From contig NC_086097.1 of the NCBI RefSeq assembly GCF_963921235.1, forward strand, positions 38,938,001 through 39,002,000: a stretch of DNA of 64,000 nucleotides. Reading direction: 5' to 3'. Both the position numbers and the translations under genes were made by a program. This document shows, piece by piece, positions 1 to 12,551 of this stretch. The notes under the pieces were generated by a model, which saw only the letters and a list, made by a program, of their open reading frames with translations, made no database searches and was not told the DNA's origin. Numbering within the stretch: position 1 is the stretch's first letter; each line of letters begins with the position of its first letter. This DNA comes from Mobula hypostoma. Taxonomy: Eukaryota.

Positions 1-166
1 GCCTATATAAAGTAGCAATACTTTTCCACAATCATTACTGAACTGTTCTCCGTAGCGAAAATCTCACACAAGCACCGTCGGCAGAAAATCTCACGCAAGC
101 GCTGTTGGCAAAAACACGGCGCAAGCGCTCTCCAGTAACCTTTAAGTTATGAAGCTGCCAAATCAT

Positions 167-613
167 ATGAAGAAAGACTGGATGAACTGGGCTTGTACTC
201 GTTGGAATTTAGAAGATTAAGGGGGGATCTGATTGAAACGTATAAGATCCTAAAGGGATTGGACAGGCTAGATGCGGGAAGATTGTTCCCGATGTTGGGG
301 AGGTCCAGAACGAGGGGTCACAGTTTGAGGATAGAGGGGAAGCCTTTTAGGACCGAGATTAGGAAAAACTTCTTCACACAGAGAGTGGCGAATCTGTGGA
401 ATTCTCTGCCACAGCAAACTGTTGAGGCCAGTTCATTAGCTATGTTTAAAAGGAAGTTAGATATGGCCCTTGTGGCTACAGGGGTCAGGGGGTATGGAGG
501 GAAGGCTGGGTTCTGAGTTGGATGATCAGCCATGATCATAATAAATGGCGGTGCAGGCTCGAAGGGCCGAATGGCCTACTCCTGCACCTATTTTCTATGT
601 TTCTATGTTTCTA
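167..613 (+). mobile_element. CR1 LINE 3' fragment inserted in the Tigger copy
   Basis: ORF 193-516 (YSLEFRRLRGDLIETYKIL...FFTQRVANLWNSLP) is the CR1 ORF2 C-terminus, followed by a (TTTCTATG)n tail. It interrupts the sequence AAATCATA|CCAAATAAC, which is contiguous in the second Tigger copy near 43930. Confidence 0.9.
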
Positions 614-818
614 TACCAAATAACACGTAAAAATACACAGCCGATATAAAGTAGAAATAATGCATGTACAGTGTAGTATCACTTGTAGTATCATTGGGAC
701 GACAGCGCTGAGCACACTGATGATGGTGTGTCAGGCTGAGTTGTCGCAGGTTGCGGTGGTGCAGTGGCCCCCACCCTCCAGGCCGCCAACCGATACATTG
801 CCACGAAGCATGCAGGGG

Positions 819-1053
819 TGCAGCGGTAGCCAGGAGGCACACAGCACATCTTTAAGAAAAAAGCCGAAATAAACATGCTAATTAATTAGGTGCCGCCTGA
901 CAGGTAATTGTCGGCCCAGATCCCTGCCGATTTCTGATTGCGTCGTCTCTGATCTGGGCCGACAATTACGTGTCGGAGGCACCTAATTAATTAGCATGTT
1001 TATTTCGGCTTTTTTCTTAAAGATGTGCTGTGTGCCTCCTGGCTACTGTTGCA
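819..1053. repeat. About 104-bp-arm inverted repeat inside the Tigger element
   Basis: 819-922 is the near-perfect reverse complement of 951-1053, with a 28-nt loop. Confidence 0.9.
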
Positions 1054-4000
1054 TTCTCCGCGAATCGGTATCTGTCCGTGGCCTGGGGGTTGGGGGTGGT
1101 GGGACACTGGGGTGTCATCTCGTCATGTTTCCATTAGAGCAGGTAGCTCATCTCCTCCTATGACTGCCCACCTCGATGTCGAAGGTCGAGATTCATCATC
1201 TGCCGTGGCTGATGTGGAAGGCCTGCTTGACTGCTGAGCCTCGCGCATTTTTCTATCACACAGTTCTTTGCAAGGACTCAAACCATCCTGCAAATATCCC
1301 CTAAATCGATGTACCCTTTCAAAATTAAAGTCGTACTTTATCATTACTCATTCGGTTTCGATTGTTATCCTTTTTTCTTCCAATTGCATCAGCTCTTCGT
1401 CTGTCAGTTCTTGGTCATGGGATGCCAATACCTCTTCAACATCATGTTCGTCAGCTTCCACAAGCCAAACTCACTTTGTCCTTACTTCATTCACCACGAT
1501 CAAAACGCTTAATTATGTCTAGTTTTACGCTAAGTGTAACACCCTTAAGAATTCTTTCAGGCTTTTCCGATACCATAGAACTCACCTTGCAAACGGCTGC
1601 TCACAGGCACGTGTTAAAGCAATGCCATTCCAAATCCGGGGGAGAGCGGTTGCTCGGGGCACGCACTGCCTTTTATTGTGCGCTGATTTTCTCGCGCGCT
1701 GCTTTCTTTTTCGTAACAGTGAAAACACCTTCTGAAAGCGAAAACAGGGTACTAATGTAGGTCTTTTGTAACAGTGAGGTTTCGTAAAGCGAACGTTCGA
1801 AAAGCGGGGGACACCTGTATATTGAAGTTTTATTTATAGCATTGGTGGATTTCAAAAAACCACTTTTCCCCCACAAGGTTATTCAAATATGAATAGACTT
1901 TCAAACTTACACTTTAAGTAGTAATCATTTTTGAAATTGCAAGGACAGCTATATAAACAAACAGAACTGTCTGTAAAGAGAACAAATTAACTGTTCACGG
2001 GAAATCCTAGTAAGAGAAATAGCTTGTTAAAATGAGATTACCAAGAGACAGTCCCATATACATTGGAAGCAATACTGACAATAGGGTTACATTAATCAGG
2101 CAACATCAAAATATTCACCATGATTATAGAATAGTTGAAGGTTTAGGCATTGTAACCAGGTGGCCCAGATATCTTGCACCATTTTAAAATTCATAGATCA
2201 ATGGATGGTCCAGATTAGTTTATTTTGCCACATTGTTTGATGTGCAATCAATACATGGACATACAAAACACCTAAGAGATACCCTTCAAGGTACTGTGAC
2301 AAACTTGATGTTTTGGCTTATCCTCTGCAGCTTTTAGAATATCAACATGGGCCGACAAAAATGCTTGAATATTCACAATGTAAAAGTTTAAAAAATGATA
2401 ATTTTAAAGAACCATCTGACCCCCCCCAATACTGAAACTATGCAATTGAAATTATTGAAAAATTAATCATCTGTGTACTTCAAGTGCAAATAAGTTTTCT
2501 CACTAGATCGCCCTTGCGTATCTGCTTTTGCTGAATAAAGTCCGTTACAAAGTAGAAATAACTAGAAACATTACTTGTGCAAGAACACTAAAACAGTGAA
2601 ATTTGCACAGCAATCATCCAATACTTCAATGAATTTACAGATGTTTTCAGTAACATTCAGTTCATCTCCCAACTTTAACAGATACCAAGTTGAGATCTTG
2701 AACAACTAAGCATGAACACAATTGGATTCATTGATCAGAGAAATGAGCACTGGAGTGCAAGATTATTCTTGGTGATACACAAAATTTAAATGAGAATTAT
2801 TTCACTAACAAATTTTACTTTAATTTTAACTCAAACATCTACCAATAACTAAAGACACCAACGTTGAAAACAAAAATGTTTTAGAGTGTGTGGCACCAGC
2901 AATGGTGCCTGATGCCACCACCAACACTTCCCCTCCACCCCATTGCCTTGGGAAACTGAAGATTAACTGTTTTCTTAAAACACTGCTGCTTTTGCTTTCA
3001 CAGAAAAAAAACTGGACTTTTGACATGGTAACAGTTAACAAATGCCACAATAAAGATCGAATTAGGATGATGAGAAACTTAGACATGATGTTCCCAAGCA
3101 GCCATTTTGACTTTGGAATATTGCTTGAGAGATTCCGCTAATAAAACATTTAATTTCCTGCCATGTACAAGACAGATTATACTATATATGCTGCAGCTAT
3201 GGTACATGAATGTAGCAGATTTATATTCACAGGTGCCAATTAAATAAGCGATTTGGGGTTGTTTATTAAATTACTGAACAGTTACACCTCAGGATCCCAT
3301 CATTTAACCAGACAGTTCGAGTTATACAAAACAGAAGGAGGCCCTTCTACTGATGCTCTACAGGCTACACAGTACTTAAATCTTTACCTATTCTGTTCCA
3401 TTGTTGCTCACTTTCCTCATAATATTTAAATTATATTCCTTCATTATAGGGAAGGAAACAGCATGGTAACAAGCTCTTTGATCCACTGAGTCAAAATTAT
3501 CAACAAAATAGATCGTCCCATATTCTCACCAGTCCCCCCCACCCCCGCCCGTGATTTTACCATGCAGCAGCCCACTGTGTGCAGCCAATTAACCTACAAA
3601 CTTACACATCTTTGTGAGGAAACCCAAGCAGTTAAAGGGAAAATGTGCAATATATTATAAACGAATTATTTTAATGATCAGCATACTCAAGATTCTGCAG
3701 GAATTCTGGTTTAGAAATAACACTGATCCTTTAAAAATAAAGAGAGAACCATTAGAAATGGTTGATAAATTTTAAATCATTTCTCTGTATGGCAGATGAA
3801 CATTTGGGAGTAATCCATTTTTCAACCATATCTAACTAAAACCATGGTGTTAAATTTCAGGATTATACAATTTAATGGTTAAAAATGAACGAATTTTGCT
3901 TGTGATTCTTTATGTCACCAAGCATAAACAGTTGAAAGATTTTCACATTACAGATGAAAGCTAATTGACATTTTAGTTACAATCTTTTACATCAAAATTT

Positions 4001-4639
4001 GAACGATTTATTTTGTGAGAGAACGTTGGGGTTGACGGATAGTATTTTTCTCACCCACGAAACTGATTATAACATAACGTAGATACTGTACCCCTTTGTT
4101 GTCGCTTATTTGAAAATCTAAAGCCTTCAAATCAAGAATGAATGGCAGTTTCATACAAGTATTACTGTAGTAAAAGGCATTAATTGGTAATGTCATACCA
4201 AAGCAGTCTTATTATTGTTTTTTTTACGTTCGACGATAAGTTAAATAAACAAACAGAAATACACCCGTTTTCAAGAAAATAATTCCGAACAACAGCTCGC
4301 GCTTATTTACTACATATATTTCGTACTGTGGTAATGACTTGAACCATACAAGAGACAAATCATGCATCTGTACTCTTAATTCTACAATCAGGCTCTTTTA
4401 ACTTTTCATAACTTCATCCACTAATTCATTGGAGTTAATAAGGGCCCTTGGCCTATTTCAGGCACATCTATTATCACATATAAATCTGTAAGTTACCTCA
4501 ATTTAAAACAATTAAAAGTGATACATTTTAAAACGTCACATCCAACCAAACTCACCTAACGAGAAGACGGTGAAAAACCGCCAAGCCAAAGATGAACAAA
4601 CCGTCCAATTCCCTATCAAACACAAATACAAAGCAGGTG

Positions 4640-5300
4640 GGCTCTACGCAACTTCCGGCAAAGGTTAGGATTTTACTTTGTTTAAAATGAAGAATAATAT
4701 TTTAATCTCATATTCCAGAACACTTTACTTGCTTAAATTCACAAGCTCCTCTTGGTTGTTCAAATTTTTAATCCGGTTCTTCTCACAGATTTCTGTTTTT
4801 TTTTCCCCAGAGCGACGCTGGGAATTGTAGTTTCGGGCTCACAGTTGCGCCATACCAACCAGGATCTCAGAACTACACTCGCTAGCTGGAGCGCTCGATG
4901 ACATCGACGGGCAGCACCGCATCCGGATGGAGCGTCGATCGCCGCTCACCATGGAAGCGGTCCGCGGCGAGCCCTGCGTTGCGTTCACGTGACCTGTGTT
5001 TGCCTGGTTACGGCCATTTTGTTTCGAGCGGCCGCGTTTGGGCGCTGTGCGCGTGCGCGCGGGCGGAGGGACGGACGGACGGACGGACGGACGGGTGGAC
5101 GGACTCGGCTTGTTGTGAGGGACCGGCAGGCTGGGGGAGTGACAGAGCCGAGGGAATGTCAGATGCGAGCTAATTGTGCAGGAAGGCAAATGTCATAAAA
5201 ACGATTGGATGACGTCAGAGGGAAAAGTATGAAGCCCTGGAGACGGCGGCGTTTATGGTCGCGGACACTCGGCCGGGCGTCGCTTGTGGAGAAGTTTCAT
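4640..5300. promoter_or_regulatory. CpG-rich, probably bidirectional promoter of TOGARAM1
   Basis: Sharp rise in GC and CpG. ETS/GABPA ACTTCCGG 4651-4658; ZNF143/THAP11 motif AACTACAATTCCCAGC on the minus strand 4817-4832; E-box TCACGTGAC 4985-4993; YY1 CGGCCATTTT 5011-5020; NRF1-like TGCGCGTGCGCG 5048-5059; (GGAC)n at about 5068-5105; reverse CCAAT 5204-5208; CRE TGACGTCA 5210-5217. Confidence 0.8.
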
Positions 5301-7314
5301 GGCAGGTTCGGTCGTTAAGTGTCTTCCGCCGGTGTTTCAGTGTGAACAGAACAGCTACCAGAGTGGCGGTGACCGCGGAAAAGGCAGCGACGTGGGTGGC
5401 GGTGGCTCCTATACTCGGGATGGCGTGATGTCGGTGAGGAGGAACGGCAGCCCGGCGGCTGCAGCGCCTTCCAGCCCCACGCTTGACATGGAAGAGGATG
5501 CGATTCTTCGGCAACTCAACAGCCGGGCTTTGCTGAAACGCACCGAGGCACTCAAAGCACTGCGTGTCAGTGTGAGGCAGAATGCAGGCAGGTTGGTCTT
5601 TGCCAACAAGAAGGATCTTTTCTCGGCTTTGAACGAGGCGCTGGTGAACAGCAGAGGGGAGATCAAAGTGGTATGCATTCAGTTAATATCAGAAATCATT
5701 CAAGGGTCCGATTCAGACCTGGATTACTTTAGGTCTGCAGTGTTGCCCAACCTTATACGGAGTTTGCGGGATGACAGTCCTAATGTGCGTAATGAGCTCG
5801 TGCAGACTTTGCATGCTTATTTAAAATGCCCTAACATCGCTAAGGACGTTTTCTGGGCTTTGGTAGAGCATGGTCTGGAAAGCCAGGATGCTGCTGTTAG
5901 GAAAGCTGTGACCATTGTTTTACCCATCTTACTCACTAAGGAGTTCAAAAGTGACAATTTATTTGATGTAACCCTCTGTTTAGCTAAAAAACTAAATGAT
6001 GACAGTGTGGACGACTCATTATCAGCCTTTGACGCCATGGGGCATATAAAACATCATATTGGCGAAGAAGAATTCAACTCTTTCTTAAAACGGTTGCCAC
6101 TGACTCTTAGAAGAAATTATAACAAGTTACTGGAAATAAAATATGAGTCACTGTCCAAATTAAATGGAGATGCTGAACCTGAGCTCGAGTTAAGTAAGAA
6201 CTTTCGGACAAACTCAGGGTTTCGTGGAAGATCTATCAATAATGTTAAAGATGTTTCTCAATTTCCCAGACCAGTTTCCAAAGACTGTAGCAATCTAGAG
6301 TTTCAAATAATTCCACAGGAATTGTATGTTCGTCTTCTAGATCTGGAAGATTATAAGAGTAGAACACATGCTGTTGAAGAGCTGAAGACTGTTATTGAGG
6401 GCTTCAATTTTATGGCTCTGTCTTCTGCAGCTATTTTGAGTTTTGTTTGCTTTTTAAGTACTTTGCTTGATGATTCAAATTTTAAAGTTGTACATGGTAC
6501 TTTAGAAATCATCAACTTGCTGGTAGTTAAATTAAATCATGGTGTGATAAATTATCTCAAGCCCATTACATCTGCAACAGTAAAAGTGCTGGGTGACAAC
6601 AAGGTTGTCACAAAGCAGGAATATATGAAAGTCTTCATGGGCTTAATGAAGCAGATTCGTCCTCAAAAAATACTTGATATTTTGCTTGACAATATAAAAC
6701 ATAAAAATTCCAGAGTTAGGGAGGAAATATTAAATATTGTCATAGCTTCACTCTTGACTTTTCCAAGTGAAGACTTTGATTTGCCCAAGCTTTGTCACAT
6801 AATTGCTCCAACATTGACGGACTCCAAGAAAAAGGTTCGGCATGCTGCATTAGAGGCTTTTGCTGTTTTAGCTTCGTCTTTTGGTTCCAACAAGACGTCT
6901 TTGATTAAGGCAGTGGATGCTGTAGAACTACAGGATGATGGGGAGGGTGTAATGGCTGCAATACAAGCCAGACTATCAAGGCGAACTCTGCCAAAGTTAA
7001 CTCCTCAAGGACTTGTAGAGTACGCAATACCAATGCCGTCTTCTGCCCATGGTAGGGGAATGCATGTCCCATTAGGAGCTGATACTGAGTGGCTACTGGC
7101 TGGTGGAAGAACCCAGAGTGCTCATAGTTATCATGGTGATCATGAGCCTCATTCTCTGGGATCACCCAGCCCCAATTCGGATGAATATACCTCAATCAGA
7201 AGAGTATTAAGTGCTGGCCGAGGAAAGAACAAATTACCATGGGAGTGCAGGAACTCAACCTGCAGGGAAACTAGTCAGCAAACTAGGTTTTCCAACACTG
7301 CTCCTGCAGAACAG
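5299..7314 (+). CDS. TOGARAM1: TOGARAM1 coding exon 1 (TOG1 and TOG2 HEAT-repeat domains)
   Basis: 672 codons from the first in-frame ATG (upstream in-frame TGA at 5230). Recognisable TOG2 motifs LLDDSNFKVVHGTL, KHKNSRVREE, LLTFPSEDFDLPKL, DSKKKVRHAALEAFAVLAS and GADTEWLLAG, RVLSAGRGKNKLPWE. Ends CAG|GTAAGA in phase 0. The start could instead be ATG 5428 or 5488. Confidence 0.95.
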
Positions 7315-7443
7315 GTAAGAAATAATTTGGGAGTAATAACCCTAGTAATGCAATAAAGTTAAATACATTTGATATTATTTTGCACATAACAGTAAAACAT
7401 AATTCATAGTTTGTCTGCTCTTACTAATTAAGCTAATTGCAAG

Positions 7444-7976
7444 TGTAATGCCCTGGGAAAGGTTTCACTATTGTGGTTTCTCTGTAGTAGCAGGGTGTTT
7501 GGGTAGAGATAATAGGGGCTTTGGAATATGCAGTGTCCCATGAGGGGAGTGGTTTTCTTTCTTATGTGCCCAAGAGCGAGGGATTTGCGGGCTTTTATTC
7601 TGGAGAAGATGCCAGAACAGAGGAGTCGTACACTGCAGGACTGAGTGGACTTGGAATGGGATTGGGAGTCGACGATGCCCGGGGAAATCGATGGAGAACG
7701 AACAGATGAGAAAACAGTGAGCTCCAATGTGCGCATTAGACTGTTCCATGAAAATGGGCCCTTTTTGTTTTCTTTACTAACCCTATAGTCAAATTTTAAA
7801 ATTATAAAGCACAATTGTTTAATTACATATCGTGTACTGTCTGTTATTTCGAGGTACTGATTTGTAACAGGGGAACACATCACACAACATCCACCCAAAC
7901 AAGATTTCTCAAGTTTGGCCAGGCCGGAGGCCATCTTCCCCTAGATTAACACAGTTGGCCAAACCTGATGCTTACA
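7444..7976. mobile_element. Solo LTR (533 bp)
   Basis: TGTAATGC...GCTTACA termini with a perfect 4-bp target duplication CAAG (7440-7443 and 7977-7980). Confidence 0.7.
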
Positions 7977-8659
7977 CAAGCCAGTTTTAGATTGATGTAT
8001 GGTGATACTGAAAACATTTTTTTAATGAAGAAAAGGTTGCAGTTCTCCTTAAGTTGTGTACCCAAGGACACAACAGAATGCAGATACTAGCCGACACTGC
8101 AGGTCTTCAAATGAATCTTTACTGTGGAGGTTAATGAGTAGAAGTGTTTAAAATTAGTTTATTCTGAACAAATGCAATATTGCAACATAGTTTCATAGGT
8201 GATGTTGAGATCCTCTGTACATAATTGAAAGTGAATGCGGAATATTGAAACTTAATTTACAAGTGTAGCTGTAAGCTTTAAGCACTTTAAGGTACCAAAT
8301 ATGATCCATTACAAACTTAATTTTAAAAAGGTATTAAGTTATGTAGTGTTCATATCACTAAAATGTTACAGATTAGAAGTAACTAACAGAATTAAAGTAA
8401 AGGTTATGGGGGGGGAATAATCCTTTCTAAAAGAGGAGCTTTTGTAGGCAGTTAGCTTCTCGGCTAGGTATTTATTTTAATACACTGTCATAAGAGTTCT
8501 ATAATTTTGCATCCATTTCATGACCCATCTTGTTATCTTGAACTCCTTCATCAAAAGAGCCATCTTTTATGAAGTAAACAAACTATCTGTGTTAATTTGA
8601 TAGCAAACTAACTGGGTTGAAAATTTCCACAGTAAAGGAAGCAATTACTTTAATGAAAT

Positions 8660-8930
8660 TAAGACCATTAGACATAAAAGCAGAATTAAGCCATTCGTCC
8701 CATCGAATCTGCTCCGCCATTTCATCAAAACTGATTTATTATCTATCTCAACCCAATATTATTGCCCTTTCCCCGTAATCTTTGACGTCCTTACTAATCA
8801 AGAACCTATTGACCTATGCTTTAAATGTACCTAATGGCTTGCCCTCCACCACCATCCGTGGCAAGAATTCCACATATTCACCACCTTCTGGCTAAAGAAC
8901 TTCCTTCAAATTTCTGTTATAAAGGGACGT
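8660..8930 (-). mobile_element. Degraded CR1 3' end
   Basis: Reverse complement of the CR1 3' UTR and tail, including the 'FFSQKVVNMWNS' coding remnant. Confidence 0.65.
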
Positions 8931-10020
8931 TCCCATGTTCCTGCTGCCCTTGGCCAACTTGATGAAGGTATGTTATAATATCTTAAACTTGTACCAAGAA
9001 AAAAATTAATTAGCGTCTTTTGTGATCTGCTGATGAAAGATTCTGCTTTACTATACTTTTAATTGAATATACTTTTGAAACTGAATACTTGTAATGTCAG
9101 ACAATGAGGCAGGCCCTATACTTGCAGTATAAGACACCAAGGGGTTCTTAAGACTTTATGGTGTAAACACCAAAGACAAAAATAAAATTGAAGAGCTCAT
9201 TTTGCCATGGAGTAATAGCAGTATGTGGTCATTTTTTCCTACACATGAGTCTATCTAGAAGAACTCTTTATTGGAAGGTGATTGTAGAAATCAGTGATTG
9301 ATCACCCTTACATGGCTCTTTGATACATTAACAGTGAAAATGCTCTGGTGTCTCGGGTTTAAGAATCTGAAACAGATCATTTGTACACGTGAGCGTGACT
9401 ATAGTAATCTATCCTTTTTAATACTGCAAAATTGACAAAACCTATTGGGACTATCTTTGATAATTTGCTAATTTATATAAAAAGAAGGACCTTACATTAA
9501 TTATATTATTCCTAGTATTTGTTTGTGTGTGTAGCTTTAATTACATTTCCATCTATAATAAGTTTGGTGTATTATTTTTAAATGGAATTGCTTTGCAATT
9601 GAGTATTTTCTCTGGCTTGTAAGTTGTTGCCTCTGATGGAGGCATTTTGTTCTGTGCAGTTGTAGATGTAGATTTGGATCTAAGCAACACCAGCAGAATA
9701 CACAATCATTACTGTTATTTTGAATAATCAACTTCAGATTTGAGTGAGACGAGGAGTTTATTAAATACTAAATGTAATTGTTTACTAATTAAGCTTTTTT
9801 AAGTAGATTTGAATCTATAATATAAAATATTATTGCCTTGAGAATGTTCTGATTTTTCATATTTAGTTATCATCTCAGCTATGTTCTGCCTTTTACATAT
9901 TTTCTGCTTTGAAATGTATATTAGAACAGCGAAAACAGCATGTCTTCCCTGTATTTGTTTTGCAATAACTTTTTGCTTCAATTAGGAAGATGAATTTAAA
10001 AAAACTAGTAAGACATAATA

Positions 10021-10192
10021 ACAGACATCAAAGTTGCTGGTGAACACAGCAGGCCAGGCAGCATCGTCAGGGTGTCGGCCTGAAACGTCGACTGTACCTC
10101 TTCCTAGAGATGCTGCCTGGCCTGCTGCGTTCACCAGCAACTTTGATGTGTGTTGCTTGAATTTCCAGCATCTGCAGAATTCCTGTTGTTTG
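10021..10192. mobile_element. Penelope-like terminal repeat in inverted (hairpin) configuration
   Basis: 10021-10065 pairs with 10109-10153. The sequence matches the end of the GIY-YIG-bearing element at 25814 and the copies at 30402, 60547 and 63165. Confidence 0.75.
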
Positions 10193-10504
10193 CAAAGACT
10201 TAGTAAACAGAGATTTGAAAGATTTTATAACAAGTGATCTGTATAGAACTAAGTATTTGGGTCAGACGAGTTAATTCTATTAATATATAGGATAGGTTAA
10301 CTAGATGTACAGGTGATAGTAATGTGGAGTTGCTGCCATTGATTTCAGTAAGAAATTGTAATTCAGTACGTCAAAAAAAATCACAAAACATTATTGAAAA
10401 ATGCTTTTGTTTATAGTTTTAAAGGTTTTCTTTCATTTTGCTGATTGATGACATACTCGTGCTTTTTCACAGCCAACAAGTAGAAATTATTGTATCCAGA
10501 CTAA

Positions 10505-10940
10505 TTCACATCAGACAGCCAACCACTCTAGTGTTGTTTGATTGATGTTGAACAGGTCAGTGTCAGCTAAATCAGGTGAGAGTGGGCAGTTGCACAAAAC
10601 ATGTTCAATGTTCTGCACCCTTTCGCCACACTCACAGGATTCGCTGGTCTTTAAACCCCACTTCACCATATTGTCTCCCGTCCTACAAACTCCCGCTCTC
10701 GCTCTGTTGAGAGTGCACCACTTCCGTCTGTCAAGCAGTGCCCCGTCTGGTAACATTTCTGTGGGGTCTTGCACTGTATTGTTTGGTGGGGTTCCAGTTT
10801 CTGTTTGTTGCCAGAGGTCAATCCTGTATGTTTGGGGGGATGTTCCATGCGGTAGTTCCTCTACTGTAGCAAAGTTTTTCCTCGATTTTAGGCAGTTGGA
10901 AACTGGCACGTGATGATGTAGTGGGTGCCGTGGATCCGAG
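10505..10940 (-). mobile_element. Vingi/Ingi-type (I-group) LINE 3' fragment
   Basis: Open C-terminal ORF HPLH...CLKSRKNF...WCTLNRARAGVCRTGDNMVKWG...CECGERVQNIEHVLCNCP, which is the RLKSR / LNRxRxG / CCHC signature I recognise from Vingi elements. Confidence 0.7.
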
Positions 10941-11394
10941 TTCTGTTTACCTTTTTCAATTTTTGTTGTAGTGTAAAAACATATATAGATGAAAAGCATA
11001 GATTAAAAAAAACCAATGAATTAAAGTTTTAGTTTCTGCCTGCAACACTGCAAGAACCATGCAGCACAAATGATTAATTACGCATCATTGTTGCCAGGCA
11101 AGTTATTTTTTAAAGATGGAAAGCTGTATTAATATCAGCTACTTATGTGTATTTGAGTTTATAATCATACCTGTAAAGATTAAATTAACAAAGAAATTGC
11201 TAATCACAGAGCAAGTTTCTCCCCCCCCCCCCCCCGGTATATCCCAGTATTCTTTAGTGAAATATATAGTATTTATAGCAATTCACCGGTGAATGGTGTT
11301 GCATTGACAATGACACTGTTTAACAACAGGTAATGTAATCTTAGATTTCCATTTGACTTAAATCATGAGCACCTCGCCTAACTGTTTTTCATAG

Positions 11395-12296
11395 TGTTAC
11401 GTACCCCGTAACTGGGTTGCCAAACCAGCAGAAATGGATCACTCAGTTGGAGTCTGGATTACTAGAACTAAGAAAGTTTTATTAAAGAAACAAGCAACAC
11501 AGTACTCTAATCAAAAGGATAATAAATGCAACAGTTCAGCAATGATAAACACACATGTACACAGAATTAAGATAACAGGATCAATCAAGCTCTATCGTTG
11601 TCTAGGGGTAAATGACCAGTTTCAAAGTGACGCAAAGTTCAGTTCAATTTAGTTCAGTTCAGTTCACCGGAATCACTGCCGTGGGAGATGGACAGTGGGG
11701 GGGCAGGAGAGAGAGAGCAAAACGAATGAATATTCAAACGGCTTCCACACAGACCTTCGACATTCTTCGCAGTCAGCTTTCGGACGAACCCTTTGTGATG
11801 TCATCTGAGGTCACCGACCGTGACCCCTCCGTTTCCAGATACGATCGTTTCTCTGCGGTGAACCTGGCACCCAGGCAAGGGCGGACACACACCAGGTTCC
11901 CACCGATCGTGCCTTTCCACCCTGTGCGTCTATGGCTTGGCCCCGCAACCAGCCTTCCAAAACTTCCCACCGACTTGTGGGAGACGCACCGCTTCCAGGG
12001 TCTCGTTACCTCGGGGTGTCGTGTGTGTGTTGCCTTAGCGAACCTGTCCCTTTTTATCCCCCTGCTGGGGTATCGCCTGTCCATCACTTCAAACAGTTCA
12101 GGGTTCAAAGGGGGAGCCGATCTTGACTGCTCTCCTTCCGTTACTCTCTCCCGTCCCTTCATTAACATCTCCAAATGCTGCTCCATTGTTTTCCTTATCT
12201 CTCTTTCTCCTGAAGACAGGTGGCAGACCAACTGCTGATCCCACTGGTGCCAGCCCAGGCCAGCTAACATCTTAATTTATGTGTATTCTCATCACA
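11395..12296 (-). repeat. 3' LTR of the Gmr1-like element
   Basis: Direct repeat of 15538-16439 with about 24 substitutions counted by eye over 902 bp. Minus-strand AATAAA at 11478-11483. Confidence 0.95.
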
Positions 12297-12551
12297 CTTC
12301 CCACCTTTAAGGATTTTTACCGGGGTAAAAATTACAAACATGAATACATTATTTGATACACACAAATATACATCTTTATCAGCTATTTGGCTAATACAGC
12401 GAATTTGAAGTTGTCTACACCTGACAGACAGTCAGCCATCACATTTTCTGTTCCTTTTATATGTGTTATTAATAATCCCTTAGACCAGGCTCCAACTTAG
12501 CAAACTTCATAGTGGCCAAAAACACTGATGAATTGCAATCAATGTAACCTC

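Larger units (their letters stand above)
1..1817 (-). mobile_element. Tigger/pogo-family non-autonomous DNA transposon, internally deleted, left end outside the window
   Basis: Terminal sequence ...CGAAAAGCGGGGGACACCTG ends at 1817 and is followed by TA. Minus-strand remnants of the CENP-B-like HTH (VTLSVKLDIIKRFDRGE) join directly to the transposase C-terminus (DVEEVLASHDQELTDEEL; FERVHRFRGYLQDGLSPCKEL). Collinear with a second copy at 43560-44631. Confidence 0.85.

Noticed and set aside
4839..5189. 116-aa minus-strand ORF in the promoter
   Set aside because: GC-rich and microsatellite-derived with no recognisable homology. At most it is part of a 5' exon of the divergent gene.
5284..7356. 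690-aa single-exon gene as given by the ORF track
   Set aside because: It starts at TTG and reads through the donor at 7314/7315. It is exon 1 of a multi-exon gene.
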